Shown here: positions 40,882 to 50,080 of the stretch, piece by piece
Numbering within the stretch: the stretch's first letter is position 1
How the letters are laid out: every line of letters begins with the position of its first letter
Origin: Paracoccaceae bacterium
Lineage (GTDB): Bacteria > Pseudomonadota > Alphaproteobacteria > Rhodobacterales > Rhodobacteraceae
Length of the DNA stretch: 62,688 nucleotides
Assembly (NCBI GenBank): GCA_006844665.1
Contig: SPJP01000021.1
Span: 1 to 62,688 of the forward strand
Direction of reading: 5' to 3'
The notes under the pieces: generated by a model
Databases searched by the model: none
What the model saw: only the letters and a program-made list of their open reading frames with translations
Told to the model about the DNA's origin: nothing
Translations under genes and position numbers: made by a program

Positions 40882-41949
40882 CTAGCGACGGCGGCGACGG
40901 CCCCCGGCACGACCACCTTGGGCGGCGGCATCTGGGTCTTTGTTAAACTCGATCCAAGCGGCACCGGACGGATCACGATCACACAGGAAGTTGGCGGCGC
41001 GGATGGCTTCCATTTCCTTGCCGGGGCGGGGTTTGGTCGACCCCATACCCATCAATTTGACAAAGGTTTCATCATCCAACCCTTCGGGGATCACGATACC
41101 GGCGGCTTCAAGCAGCGCGCGGCGTTCGGCGATTTTCTTGGGCCCGGTGGGCAGCGCAACTGGGTTCATAATGGCCGAGGTCATGCCCGCCTGCATCGCC
41201 ATTGGCAGGAATGCGTTGTTGATGCCGTGGCGGTTTGGCAGACCAAAGCTGATATTGGATGCGCCACATGTCGTGTTCACGCCCAGCTCCTCGCGCAGGC
41301 GGCGGACAAGAGTAAAGACCTGCAAGCCAGCGGTGCCCATCGCGCCCACAGGCATCACCAGCGGGTCGACCACGATGTCATGGGCCGGGATGCCGAAATC
41401 TGCTGCCCGCTCGACGATCTTTTTGGCCACGGCAAAGCGGACCTCGGGGTCCTCGGAAATGCCAGTATCATCGTTGGAAATCGCCACAACAGGGACGTTG
41501 TATTTTTTGACCAGAGGCAGAACCTGTTCCAGGCGTTCTTCTTCGCCGGTGACCGAGTTCAGCAGCGGGCGGCCTTCGGCGGCGGCAAGGCCGTTTTCCA
41601 ACGCACCGGGAACCGAGCTGTCGATGCACAAGGGCACGTCTGTGACCGCCTGAACCCGTTCGATCAGTTCCTTCATCAAGGTCGGTTCGACAAAGTTGTT
41701 GTCCGCATATCGGGGGTCTTCGGCCATTTTGTTGGAAAACACGGCGCCCGAGTTGATGTCCAGAACGTTGGCCCCGGCCATCACCTGGGCCGCAGCATCA
41801 GCTTCAACCCGGCTGAAATCGCCGCGCTCTAGTTCTTCATTCAGGATCTTGCGGCCAGTTGGGTTGATCCGCTCACCGATGACGCAAAACGGCTCGTCAA
41901 AGCCGATCACAACGGTTTTTGTTTTTGATTCCAGGATCGTACGGGTCAT
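40882..41949 (-). CDS. Methyltetrahydrofolate:corrinoid methyltransferase (stand-alone pterin-binding module of split MetH)
   Basis: IGERINPTG, LDIN, IDSS, NSVTGE, DPLV and GASNISFGLP. Confidence 0.92.
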   Translation of the reverse strand: MTRTILESKTKTVVIGFDEPFCVIGERINPTGRKILNEELERGDFSRVEADAAAQVMAGANVLDINSGAVFSNKMAEDPRYADNNFVEPTLMKELIERVQAVTDVPLCIDSSVPGALENGLAAAEGRPLLNSVTGEEERLEQVLPLVKKYNVPVVAISNDDTGISEDPEVRFAVAKKIVERAADFGIPAHDIVVDPLVMPVGAMGTAGLQVFTLVRRLREELGVNTTCGASNISFGLPNRHGINNAFLPMAMQAGMTSAIMNPVALPTGPKKIAERRALLEAAGIVIPEGLDDETFVKLMGMGSTKPRPGKEMEAIRAANFLCDRDPSGAAWIEFNKDPDAAAQGGRAGGRRRRR

Positions 41950-42614
41950 TCTGTTGTCTCTCTGTCAAAGCGGCGCAGGGTTTCTGCCAGCAAGGGGTCG
42001 TTGAAATCTTGTATGGTTATGTCAGCGCCAGCGGCGCGCAGGGCGTCGTCCGATAGGGATGACCGGATCCCGACCGTATAAGCGCCAGAGCTGGCGGCCG
42101 CCCGAACGCCGGAAGGGCTGTCTTCAAACGCGATAGAGACTTCAGGCCCAACGCCCAAAGCATCCATTGCCGTCAGGTAGGGTTCGGGATCGGGTTTGCC
42201 CTTGGCGCATTCCTCGCCGATCACGATGGTCGAAAATTTATCGCGATGGCCCACGGCATCCAACATGCATTCGGCGTTCAGGCGCATGGCGTTTGTGACC
42301 ACTGCCATCGGCCAGCCTTGATCCTGGGCGCGCTGGATCAACCCATCGATGCCGGGCATGGATGGAAAGGGCTTGGGCAATCGGCGGCGAAACTCGGCCT
42401 CTTTGGCGGCGGAAAGCCCCTTAGGATCGGGCTCTTCCGGCATCATTTCGGCAAAGAAATCCTCGTTCAAGCGCCCATGAACATGGGTCATGTAGTAGTC
42501 TTCAGTGATCTCGATCCCGCGCGGGCGCATCATATCCTGGAACACGGCCATGTGAATGGCATCCGTGTTCAGCATTGTGCCGTCCAGATCAAATAGCAAA
42601 GCCGGTTTTTTCAT
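41946..42614 (-). CDS. HAD family phosphatase
   Basis: FDLDGT, VTNA, KPDPEPY and FEDS. Confidence 0.9.
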   Translation of the reverse strand: MKKPALLFDLDGTMLNTDAIHMAVFQDMMRPRGIEITEDYYMTHVHGRLNEDFFAEMMPEEPDPKGLSAAKEAEFRRRLPKPFPSMPGIDGLIQRAQDQGWPMAVVTNAMRLNAECMLDAVGHRDKFSTIVIGEECAKGKPDPEPYLTAMDALGVGPEVSIAFEDSPSGVRAAASSGAYTVGIRSSLSDDALRAAGADITIQDFNDPLLAETLRRFDRETTE

Positions 42615-42619
42615 TTATG

Positions 42620-43549
42620 TCAGGTACCGTTTGCAGGGACAGCCGACGCGCCGCCATTGTTGGAAACCCATGTCGCGTTGGTTTTGATCCCGCCCAGAGG
42701 GAAGAAATGTACCGACTGAATGCCAAAATCAGGGTTGGCGGATTTATGGGCGGCCAGCTTTTGCACGATTTCGGTCGGCTCGAACGGAAGAACCAACTTG
42801 GTGACGTCCTTGGCGCGCTTTTGCAGCACCCGCAAAGACGGACCGACACCGCAGGCAATCGCGAATTTGATCATGGTCTGCAGCTTGGCGGGGCCTGCGA
42901 TGCCGATATGGACGGGCAGGGCGATGCCTTCGGCGGTCAGACGGTCGACCCATTCGATCACGGGTTCGGCCTCAAAACAGAACTGGGTCGCCAGGGCCAT
43001 TTTCGCATCGGTGCGTTCGGAAAACGCCTGTTTCCAGCGCAGGGCTTCCATCACCATAGCGTCGCCGCCATTTGGGTCGATGTCTTTGTTGCCTTCGGGG
43101 TGACCGGCCACGTGCAGACGTTTGAAACCCGCTTTGTCAAACAGCCCGGTTTCCATCAACTGCATAGAGCTGTGGAAATCGCCCTGCGGTTTGTCCACGC
43201 CACCTGCCAGCAACAGCGCCTGTTCGACATTCGCTTCGCCCTGATAGCGCGCGATCCAGTCTTCCAATGTGGCTGCATCTGCAATGATACGCGCCGGGAA
43301 GTGCGGCATGACGTTAAAGCCATCTGCCGACAGACGCTTGGCCGTGTTGACCATGTCCTCGATAGGGGTGCCGTCGATATGGGCGATATAAACCCGGGTG
43401 CCTTCGGGCAGGATGTCGGAGAAGTTTTCAACCTTCTGGGCCGTGCGTGGCATGACCTCGATCGAGAAATCTTTCAAAAACGCTTCCATTTCGGCCGAAG
43501 GGGCGTCGGAGCTGGCGGGCGCTTGTTTCATGAACTGCAGAATGGACAT
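42620..43549 (-). CDS. Methylenetetrahydrofolate reductase (MetF-like)
   Basis: FSIEV, PHFPAR, VAGHPEG, ATQFCF and HFFPLGG; start moved to ATG 43549. Confidence 0.85.
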   Translation of the reverse strand: MSILQFMKQAPASSDAPSAEMEAFLKDFSIEVMPRTAQKVENFSDILPEGTRVYIAHIDGTPIEDMVNTAKRLSADGFNVMPHFPARIIADAATLEDWIARYQGEANVEQALLLAGGVDKPQGDFHSSMQLMETGLFDKAGFKRLHVAGHPEGNKDIDPNGGDAMVMEALRWKQAFSERTDAKMALATQFCFEAEPVIEWVDRLTAEGIALPVHIGIAGPAKLQTMIKFAIACGVGPSLRVLQKRAKDVTKLVLPFEPTEIVQKLAAHKSANPDFGIQSVHFFPLGGIKTNATWVSNNGGASAVPANGT

Positions 43550-43595
43550 CAGGAAATCCCTTACTTGTATGGGCCGGACACGGGGTTTGTGCACG

Positions 43596-43892
43596 TTAGG
43601 CCCAGCCGTCTTTCGCGATCAGAGCCTTGATCTTTTCCTGATCATACTCTGCCTCGATCTGCGTGACGGTGTCATTCGCGACCTGTTCGGCATCGCCTTC
43701 GACAACGAAAGGCGCCGCTTTACGCCATTCCGCCAGATAGGCGTCAGTTTCAGCCGCACCGGTTTTCATCGCGGCCCGGTCAATTGCTTGTTCGAACCGT
43801 TCGGAAAGAATCCGTTTTGTACCGCGTCGGCCTTTGCCTACAATGACTTGCGCTGGGATATCGCGCCAATACACGATCGTGACGTCTGGCAT
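43596..43892 (-). CDS. 'Virulence factor' family small protein
   Basis: IVYWRDIPAQV, RFEQAIDRAAM and YLAEW; first gene of the corrinoid/folate C1 cluster. Confidence 0.85.
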   Translation of the reverse strand: MPDVTIVYWRDIPAQVIVGKGRRGTKRILSERFEQAIDRAAMKTGAAETDAYLAEWRKAAPFVVEGDAEQVANDTVTQIEAEYDQEKIKALIAKDGWA

Positions 43893-44155
43893 GGGGGTGC
43901 TCCTGAAAACTTTAGGTCTTTTCACCTGAAATCGCTGGCGTGTTTGCGTTTGTTTTCGACATTGCGGACCCGATCCGCGACGTTTTCGATGCACCAAGGG
44001 ATATTGGCACAGACGCGCCATGGCCAGACGGAAGCGCGGCGATATTCTTCATGATCATTATGAAGGACAGGCTGCGACAGTTTCGCCCAGTTCTTCTTGC
44101 ACCTTTGTCGTTTGACGCGTAGCGTTGGGGCAACACATGCATTGGAAGCTCAGCC

Positions 44156-45295
44156 ATGGCGCGAAATCGTCACCCATCGGCCGGGCGTCACCTGAAACCG
44201 GTCTCGTCCGTGCCCATTGCCGGCCCACATACGAACGCTGAAAAGCGGCCAGATCCGGCTGACCTGTATGCTGCGCTGGATCTAGGGACAAACTCCTGCC
44301 GGATGCTGATCGCCCAGCCCAAGGGCAGCCAGTTTCATGTGGTCGACAGCTTTTCCAAATCGGTGCAACTGGGCCACGGGTTAGAAGCCACAGGCAGACT
44401 TAGCCGTGAAAGCATGGCCCGCACGGTGGGCGCGTTAAAGATCTGTCAGCGAAAACTGGGCCGCCATCAGGTTCAGCACATGCGCCTTGTCGCGACCGAG
44501 GCGTGCCGCCGCGCCGTGAACGCGCCCGAATTCATCCGTCTGGTGCAGCGCGAAACCGGTCTGGAGCTGGAAATCATCAAGACCGAGGAAGAAGCCCGCC
44601 TGGCCGTGGTCAGCTGCGCGCCTTTGGTGTCGATGAAAACCGAACAATTGCTGGTGGTTGATATCGGCGGCGGTTCGACCGAGCTTGTCTGGATCGACCT
44701 AAGCCGCGTGCCCCGCATAGACCGTCCCCGTGCCATCATGCGCCTGCATTCGGGGTTCGAGGCTGGACTAAGCGATCTGCCCGCTGCCAAAGTGGTGGAC
44801 TGGATCTCGGTCCCGTTGGGGGTTGCGACGTTGAAAGATCAGTTCGACGATGTGCAAGACGACCCGGCTCGTTTTGCTTTGATGAGCTGGTTTTTTGAGG
44901 AAAACCTGGCCGAGTTCAGCCCTTATAACGAGCCCGATCAGGTCCGCGAAGGGTTTCAGATCATCGGCACCAGTGGCACGGTCACAACATTGGCGGCCAG
45001 CCACTTGGGGCTGAAGCGCTATGATCGGAACAAAGTCGACGGTTTGCGCATGACCTCGGACCAGATCGACAAGGTGATCCAGTCTTATCTGGCGCTTGGC
45101 CCCAATGGGCGGCGCAATGATCCCCGGATCGGCAGGGACCGCCACGCGCTGATCATGTCGGGCGCGGCCATTCTACAAGCTTTGCTGCGGGTTTGGCCCA
45201 CTGACCGGCTGAGTGTGGCGGATCGCGGTTTACGCGAAGGTCTGCTATACGCGCAGATGAGCGCGGACGGTGTGCTGGAAGACGGCCCTTATTAG
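44156..45295 (+). CDS. Ppx/GppA phosphatase family protein (short form)
   Basis: LDLGTNS, ATEACR, DIGGGSTE and GLREG; directly upstream of rlmE. Confidence 0.9.
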   Translation: MARNRHPSAGRHLKPVSSVPIAGPHTNAEKRPDPADLYAALDLGTNSCRMLIAQPKGSQFHVVDSFSKSVQLGHGLEATGRLSRESMARTVGALKICQRKLGRHQVQHMRLVATEACRRAVNAPEFIRLVQRETGLELEIIKTEEEARLAVVSCAPLVSMKTEQLLVVDIGGGSTELVWIDLSRVPRIDRPRAIMRLHSGFEAGLSDLPAAKVVDWISVPLGVATLKDQFDDVQDDPARFALMSWFFEENLAEFSPYNEPDQVREGFQIIGTSGTVTTLAASHLGLKRYDRNKVDGLRMTSDQIDKVIQSYLALGPNGRRNDPRIGRDRHALIMSGAAILQALLRVWPTDRLSVADRGLREGLLYAQMSADGVLEDGPY

Positions 45296-45384
45296 ACGCA
45301 ATTGGCAGGATCTGACGTACACACGGGGTTGCGCCCGGGGTGATTTGGGTATTTCTGCCGCAAAGAACATTTAAGGCGGTAATC

Positions 45385-46107
45385 ATGGCCAAAAAGCCAG
45401 GAAGTGGAAATAGCGGACGCGGGTTGCGCGATTTGCGGGTGCGGGTAAAGACGGCACGCGGGCGCAAGCTCAGCTCGACCCTGTGGTTGGACCGGCAGTT
45501 GAACGATCCCTATGTCCAGAAAGCCCAGAAAGAAGGGTACCGCGGCCGCGCGGCTTATAAGATTTTGGAACTGGATGACAAGTACCGCTTTTTGGTGCCT
45601 GGCGCGCGGATCGTGGATCTTGGCGCTGCCCCCGGTGGATGGTGTCAGGTTGCTGTGCGCAGGGCCAACGCCCTAGGCGAACGCAAGGGCAAGGCCGTGG
45701 GCACGATCCTGGGCATCGACATCCAGCAAATGGAACCGATCCCAGGCTGTGATTTGCATGTTTTGGATTTCATGGAAGACGGCGCGGATGACAAGGTCAA
45801 AGCCTGGCTGGGTGGCAATGCTGACGTGGTCATGAGCGACATGGCGGCTTCCAGCTCGGGTCACAAACAGACTGACCACTTGCGCATCATTGCTTTATGC
45901 GAGGCTGCGGCTTCATTGGCCTTTGATGTGTTGGACGAAGGCGGCACATTTGTCGCAAAGGTTTTGGCTGGCGGGGCCGAAGGCCAGTTGCAGGCTGAGC
46001 TGAAAAAGCGCTTTACCAAGGTCATCAATGTCAAACCGCCGGCCAGCCGGTCCGACAGTTCTGAAAAATTCGTCGTCGCGACAGGATTTAAAGGGCGCAG
46101 CAGCTAA
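45385..46107 (+). CDS. rlmE: 23S rRNA Um2552 2'-O-methyltransferase
   Basis: [21 protein letters not shown] and KPPASR...SE. Confidence 0.95.
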   Translation: MAKKPGSGNSGRGLRDLRVRVKTARGRKLSSTLWLDRQLNDPYVQKAQKEGYRGRAAYKILELDDKYRFLVPGARIVDLGAAPGGWCQVAVRRANALGERKGKAVGTILGIDIQQMEPIPGCDLHVLDFMEDGADDKVKAWLGGNADVVMSDMAASSSGHKQTDHLRIIALCEAAASLAFDVLDEGGTFVAKVLAGGAEGQLQAELKKRFTKVINVKPPASRSDSSEKFVVATGFKGRSS

Positions 46108-46226
46108 AATTGGTTAATTTTCGCTCTGTATACTCTGGCGTTCTTGGTTTTTGGATATAACATACATAAGCCCACCGGCTATATTTTTAAGGTATTTCCC
46201 TGTCCTTCATTTGAGGTTCTGTTGAT

Positions 46227-46667
46227 ATGAGGCTGACCACGCGCACACAGCTTGCTATGCGAACATTAATGTTTTGCGCCTTGAACCCAGATCGCATCAT
46301 CCCAACGTCCGAAGTTGCTGAAAAATGCAAAGCGTCCGGCAATCATTTGGGCCAAGTTGTGAATCTGCTAGGTCGCAACAACTTGCTGGATACCCAGCGA
46401 GGCCGGGGCGGAGGTGTCCGCCTTAGCAAATCCGCCGAAGATATCTCTATCGGACAGGTCATGCGGGCGTTGGAAGAAACCTCTAGCTTTGCGGAATGCT
46501 TTAAATCCGACGGCGGGCAGTGCCCCTTGTCGCCCCATTGCCGCCTGCGCGGTAAACTGTCCAGCGCGATCGAGGCGTTCTATGCCTCTCTCGACAATGT
46601 GTCATTGGCCGAATTGACGGTCGGAAATTCGGGGATGTCCGGTCTGTTCGGCGTGGAACCTGTCTAG
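46227..46667 (+). CDS. Rrf2 family transcriptional regulator (NsrR-like, three Cys)
   Basis: MRLT, RGRGGG and ECF....QCPL...C Fe-S ligand pattern. Confidence 0.88.
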   Translation: MRLTTRTQLAMRTLMFCALNPDRIIPTSEVAEKCKASGNHLGQVVNLLGRNNLLDTQRGRGGGVRLSKSAEDISIGQVMRALEETSSFAECFKSDGGQCPLSPHCRLRGKLSSAIEAFYASLDNVSLAELTVGNSGMSGLFGVEPV

Positions 46668-46676
46668 CCTGCTGCC

Positions 46677-46694
46677 CTAGGGTCAGGACCCTAG
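46677..46694. repeat. Collapsed copy/footprint of the MITE ends
   Basis: CTAGGGTCAGGACCCTAG; the first 15 nt equal the left end of the 21291 element and the last 8 nt equal its right end. Confidence 0.7.
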
Positions 46695-46842
46695 GAACCC
46701 TTAAAAGTTTCGCCAAAATCGATATAAATATACGTTTACGACGCTTGTTTTATTACTTCCGAGCGCGTTCCTATACCAAAGAGAGCGCGTATCGGTTGGC
46801 TCGTTAACCTAAACCATTGGTTAACATCCGAGAGCCAATCAA

Positions 46843-48261
46843 ATGCAAGTTCGCCACGAACGCCCCATGTCCGATCTGTCTTTTGACGTTCGCGCGCCTT
46901 TAACATTAGAGGTCGTGGGCGGCGAAAAGATTGTGATCGAGGCTTGGTCGCTGACGGGCTTCACCTATCCGGGTATTTCCGAAATTGTGCCCAGCAATGG
47001 ATTGCTGTCGATCCCGTTCCAAGGTGTCGATGTCCGCTTTAAGGTCGAGCTGGAGCCGGGCGATGGCCCGCGCGAGGTCAAGTTCAAAGGTCTGGGCGGG
47101 CGCCAGCGCGAAACCTTGGCCGTATTCTACCGTTCGATCCTGTCAGGCAAGATGGTGTCCAGCGAAGATGTAATCACCAGCTTGGACACGCCGGTTGATC
47201 TTGTCCCGATGGGAGAGACCGAACAAGAGGTCGCCATTGCCACCGAAGGCCACGGCCCTCGGTCTTTCAAAATCCTTTGGAACGCTATGTTCTATGCGAT
47301 GCTGTCGCTGGTGGTGTTTGGGCTGCTTGGGTCCAGCATCTATGATCGGTTAAGCGGCATTCGTCTGCAAAACGGTCGGGTTGCGGCCCCATTGGTGGAA
47401 CTGCGCGTGTCCGAGGCCTCTTATGTGGATCAGATCCATGTGGCCATTGGTGACCGGGTGCGCGTGGGTCAGGTGCTGGTGTCATTGAATAATCCGGAAC
47501 GCGACGGGGCCTTGGACGGTGTGCGTGGGGATATTCGTCTTGCCGAACAGCGACTGACAGATGCGGAAACTAGGTTGCAGCAGATGATTGCGCGCAGGCT
47601 CGCCCAGCGCGACGTGCTTGTTCAAGCCGTGACCCGAGCCCAGAACGCCCTGACGGTCCGTGACTTTATCGGCGGCTACCGGCAACAGGCCTATTTGGCG
47701 GCTTTGGCCGCCTTGCGGAGTTTCGATACGATGTCGCTGGAATTTGAGGAGCTAGAGGCCCAGCTGCGCGAATTGGTCCAAGAACGCACCAATGCAGTGC
47801 GCCAGTTGAAACGGGATCTTTCCAATGCCAAAGACGCCTATGATGCCTTAAACGTCATCAGCCCGGTCGATGGGATGGTGCGCGAATTGCCCGTTGTCAA
47901 AGATCTGTACATCGCTCGGGGCGTCTTGGCGGCCGTGGTCGAGGAAAATCGCCCAAGGCAAGCCTTAGGTTGGGTCAACGAGCGGGCCTCGCAAAGTTTG
48001 CATGTGGGGCAGGCGGCCCGACTGCGGGTGTCCAGCGCCACGGGCAGCAAAACAATGAATGCGGTGGTATCAGACATAACCGCAGGGGTCGATCCGGCGC
48101 GGCCCGGCGAATTTGGCGTCATCGTTACCTTAGACACCAATCAAAAGGATCTAACAAAGAATCGTGCAGCCCTGCGTCCGGATGCGCCTGTGGAAATTCA
48201 AGCGGACCGCGGTTGGTTCCTGACGCCATTTGTCTTGGCATTCCGGTCTTGGTGGTCCTGA
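46843..48261 (+). CDS. Alg44-like co-polymerase (PilZ-like N-terminus, TM helix, HlyD/MFP domain)
   Basis: N-terminal VRHE and WSLTG, one TM helix, lipoyl-like VAIGDRVRVGQVL and ISPVDG halves, coiled coil; adjacent to an alg8-like gene. Confidence 0.75.
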   Translation: MQVRHERPMSDLSFDVRAPLTLEVVGGEKIVIEAWSLTGFTYPGISEIVPSNGLLSIPFQGVDVRFKVELEPGDGPREVKFKGLGGRQRETLAVFYRSILSGKMVSSEDVITSLDTPVDLVPMGETEQEVAIATEGHGPRSFKILWNAMFYAMLSLVVFGLLGSSIYDRLSGIRLQNGRVAAPLVELRVSEASYVDQIHVAIGDRVRVGQVLVSLNNPERDGALDGVRGDIRLAEQRLTDAETRLQQMIARRLAQRDVLVQAVTRAQNALTVRDFIGGYRQQAYLAALAALRSFDTMSLEFEELEAQLRELVQERTNAVRQLKRDLSNAKDAYDALNVISPVDGMVRELPVVKDLYIARGVLAAVVEENRPRQALGWVNERASQSLHVGQAARLRVSSATGSKTMNAVVSDITAGVDPARPGEFGVIVTLDTNQKDLTKNRAALRPDAPVEIQADRGWFLTPFVLAFRSWWS

Positions 48262-48262
48262 A

Positions 48263-49852
48263 ATGTCGGCCCCTGAATCTGAATACGCGTTCGACAAAGA
48301 CCTGACCGTGCGCCTGCGCGAAGCCGCGCGGCCCGGGGGCAAAGGCTTGGCGAAATGGTCGGTCCCTCAGTTGATCCTGCTGGGGGTCATGATGACGGGC
48401 CTGTTGTGGCTGCTAAGTTTTACCCCGAACCGGTTCCTAAACCCCGACGTCATGCATGTAACGATAACTCTGGGTGCTTTGGGGATCTGGCGCTTTGGCT
48501 GGTGGTTCAATCATGCGGTGCGCGCGGAATGCTATTCGCGCTTTAAATGGCCCGGGATGCGGGCGCGGGCGTCAAAGCTTTGGGCCGAGGGTTGGCGGCC
48601 CCGGCGTCTGCACATCCAGATGACCACCTATTATGAGGAACCCGCAATCACCAAACGGGTGATCGGATCGCTGCTAAGCCAGATCCGGCGCGAGGGCATT
48701 CCAACCACGCTCTATATTGGGACGGGGTCCAGCTATGATGAGATGATTATTCGGTCCTTCATTGAAACCTACGCGCAGGATATCCCAGATGAGCTGGCCG
48801 AACTGGTGTTTATTCGGCAAAACCAGCCGGGTAAGCGGATGGCCATTGGCCTGATCCTACGCGCGATCAACCGCAATGGCGTGCATCCTGACGATCTGGT
48901 GATCTTTATGGATGGCGACGCGCTGTACGGGTTCGACGTGATGGAAAAAACCCTGAGCATGTTCGGGGCTGATCCGGAATTGCAGGCCCTGACCACCAAT
49001 GAAGAGGTGATCTGCTACGGCCCGAAATGGATCGCGAACTGGCTGGATATGCGCTTTGCCCAGCGCCGTTTGGCGATGCAAAGCCACGCGATGTCTGACA
49101 AAGTGTTGACCCTTACAGGCCGGATGTCGGTGTTTCGCGCCCAACATATGCTGTCGGAAAAATTTATCCGCACGATAGAAGCCGATCATCTGGATCATTG
49201 GCTGTGGGGAAGGTTCCGGTTTCTGTCGGGGGACGACAAATCCACCTGGTACCATATGCTGACCCGCGATGCGAAAATGACCTATGTGCCTGACGCCACG
49301 GTTTATACGATCGAGGTGATCAAGGAAAACGGGTTGGACCGGATGGTCCAGAACTTTCGCCGCTGGTCGGGAAATATGTTGCGCAACGGATCCCGCGCCA
49401 TTGCCCTTGGTCCGAAAAAGGTCAAGCCGTTCATCTGGTGGTGTATTGTCGATCAACGCATTGCCATGTGGACGATGATGGTCAGCCCCGTGATGGCGGT
49501 TCTGGCTTCGATGGTGGAACCCACCTATATCTGGTCCTGCTTGATCTGGATCGTGTTTTCGCGGGTGGTTCTGTGCCTGTTTCTGTTTCGCTACAGCCGC
49601 GTAATCGACCTAAGCTGGCCGTTCATTTTGTACCTGAACCAGGTGATCAACGCGTCGGTAAAGATTTACATGATCTTTCATCTGTCCAAACAGAAATGGT
49701 CCAATCGCGGCAATCAATCAGCGGGCAATGGCGAAGGCTGGCAGGCCCGGATGCAAAATTCAGTCGCCAAAATTCAACTGGTTACCGCCGCCGTTGGCTT
49801 TGTTCTGGGAATCGCACTCTATGTCGGGTTGCTAGAGCTGCCACGTTTTTAA
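48263..49852 (+). CDS. alg8: Alg8-like processive GT2 glycosyltransferase (mannuronan synthase-like)
   Basis: LGIWRF, GKR, DGD, ALTTNE, VLTLTGRMSVFRA, FLSGDDKSTW, YVPDA and RRWSGNMLRN, all recalled Alg8 motifs. Confidence 0.8.
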   Translation: MSAPESEYAFDKDLTVRLREAARPGGKGLAKWSVPQLILLGVMMTGLLWLLSFTPNRFLNPDVMHVTITLGALGIWRFGWWFNHAVRAECYSRFKWPGMRARASKLWAEGWRPRRLHIQMTTYYEEPAITKRVIGSLLSQIRREGIPTTLYIGTGSSYDEMIIRSFIETYAQDIPDELAELVFIRQNQPGKRMAIGLILRAINRNGVHPDDLVIFMDGDALYGFDVMEKTLSMFGADPELQALTTNEEVICYGPKWIANWLDMRFAQRRLAMQSHAMSDKVLTLTGRMSVFRAQHMLSEKFIRTIEADHLDHWLWGRFRFLSGDDKSTWYHMLTRDAKMTYVPDATVYTIEVIKENGLDRMVQNFRRWSGNMLRNGSRAIALGPKKVKPFIWWCIVDQRIAMWTMMVSPVMAVLASMVEPTYIWSCLIWIVFSRVVLCLFLFRYSRVIDLSWPFILYLNQVINASVKIYMIFHLSKQKWSNRGNQSAGNGEGWQARMQNSVAKIQLVTAAVGFVLGIALYVGLLELPRF

Positions 49853-50080
49853 ATCCCAATGGCGTTGCCTTAAAATTTCCTAAAACTTTTCTGATTCAGG
49901 ACCGCTTTCGGGCCCGGATTTGCCGTGGATCATTGGTCTAGAGGGCGAGAAAGGATTGGGGTCTATGCCGACGTATAGATCGAACATCCTATCGCTCTGC
50001 TGCCTATACTTACTCTGAAAACATAAACCAAAACAATAGCTTACAAAGGGTTAACGCATTTTTTAGTTGGGAAAAAGCTT

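Noticed and set aside
39904-43630. ORFs 39904..40863 -, 40840..41832 + and 42575..43630 +
   Set aside because: Out-of-frame or antisense shadows of the C1-cluster genes.
4051-45295. Two Ppx/GppA paralogues in one window
   Set aside because: A long form next to ppk and a short form next to rlmE is a common alphaproteobacterial arrangement.
46140-46226. Possible NsrR operator before the Rrf2 gene
   Set aside because: AT-rich, but no convincing inverted repeat.
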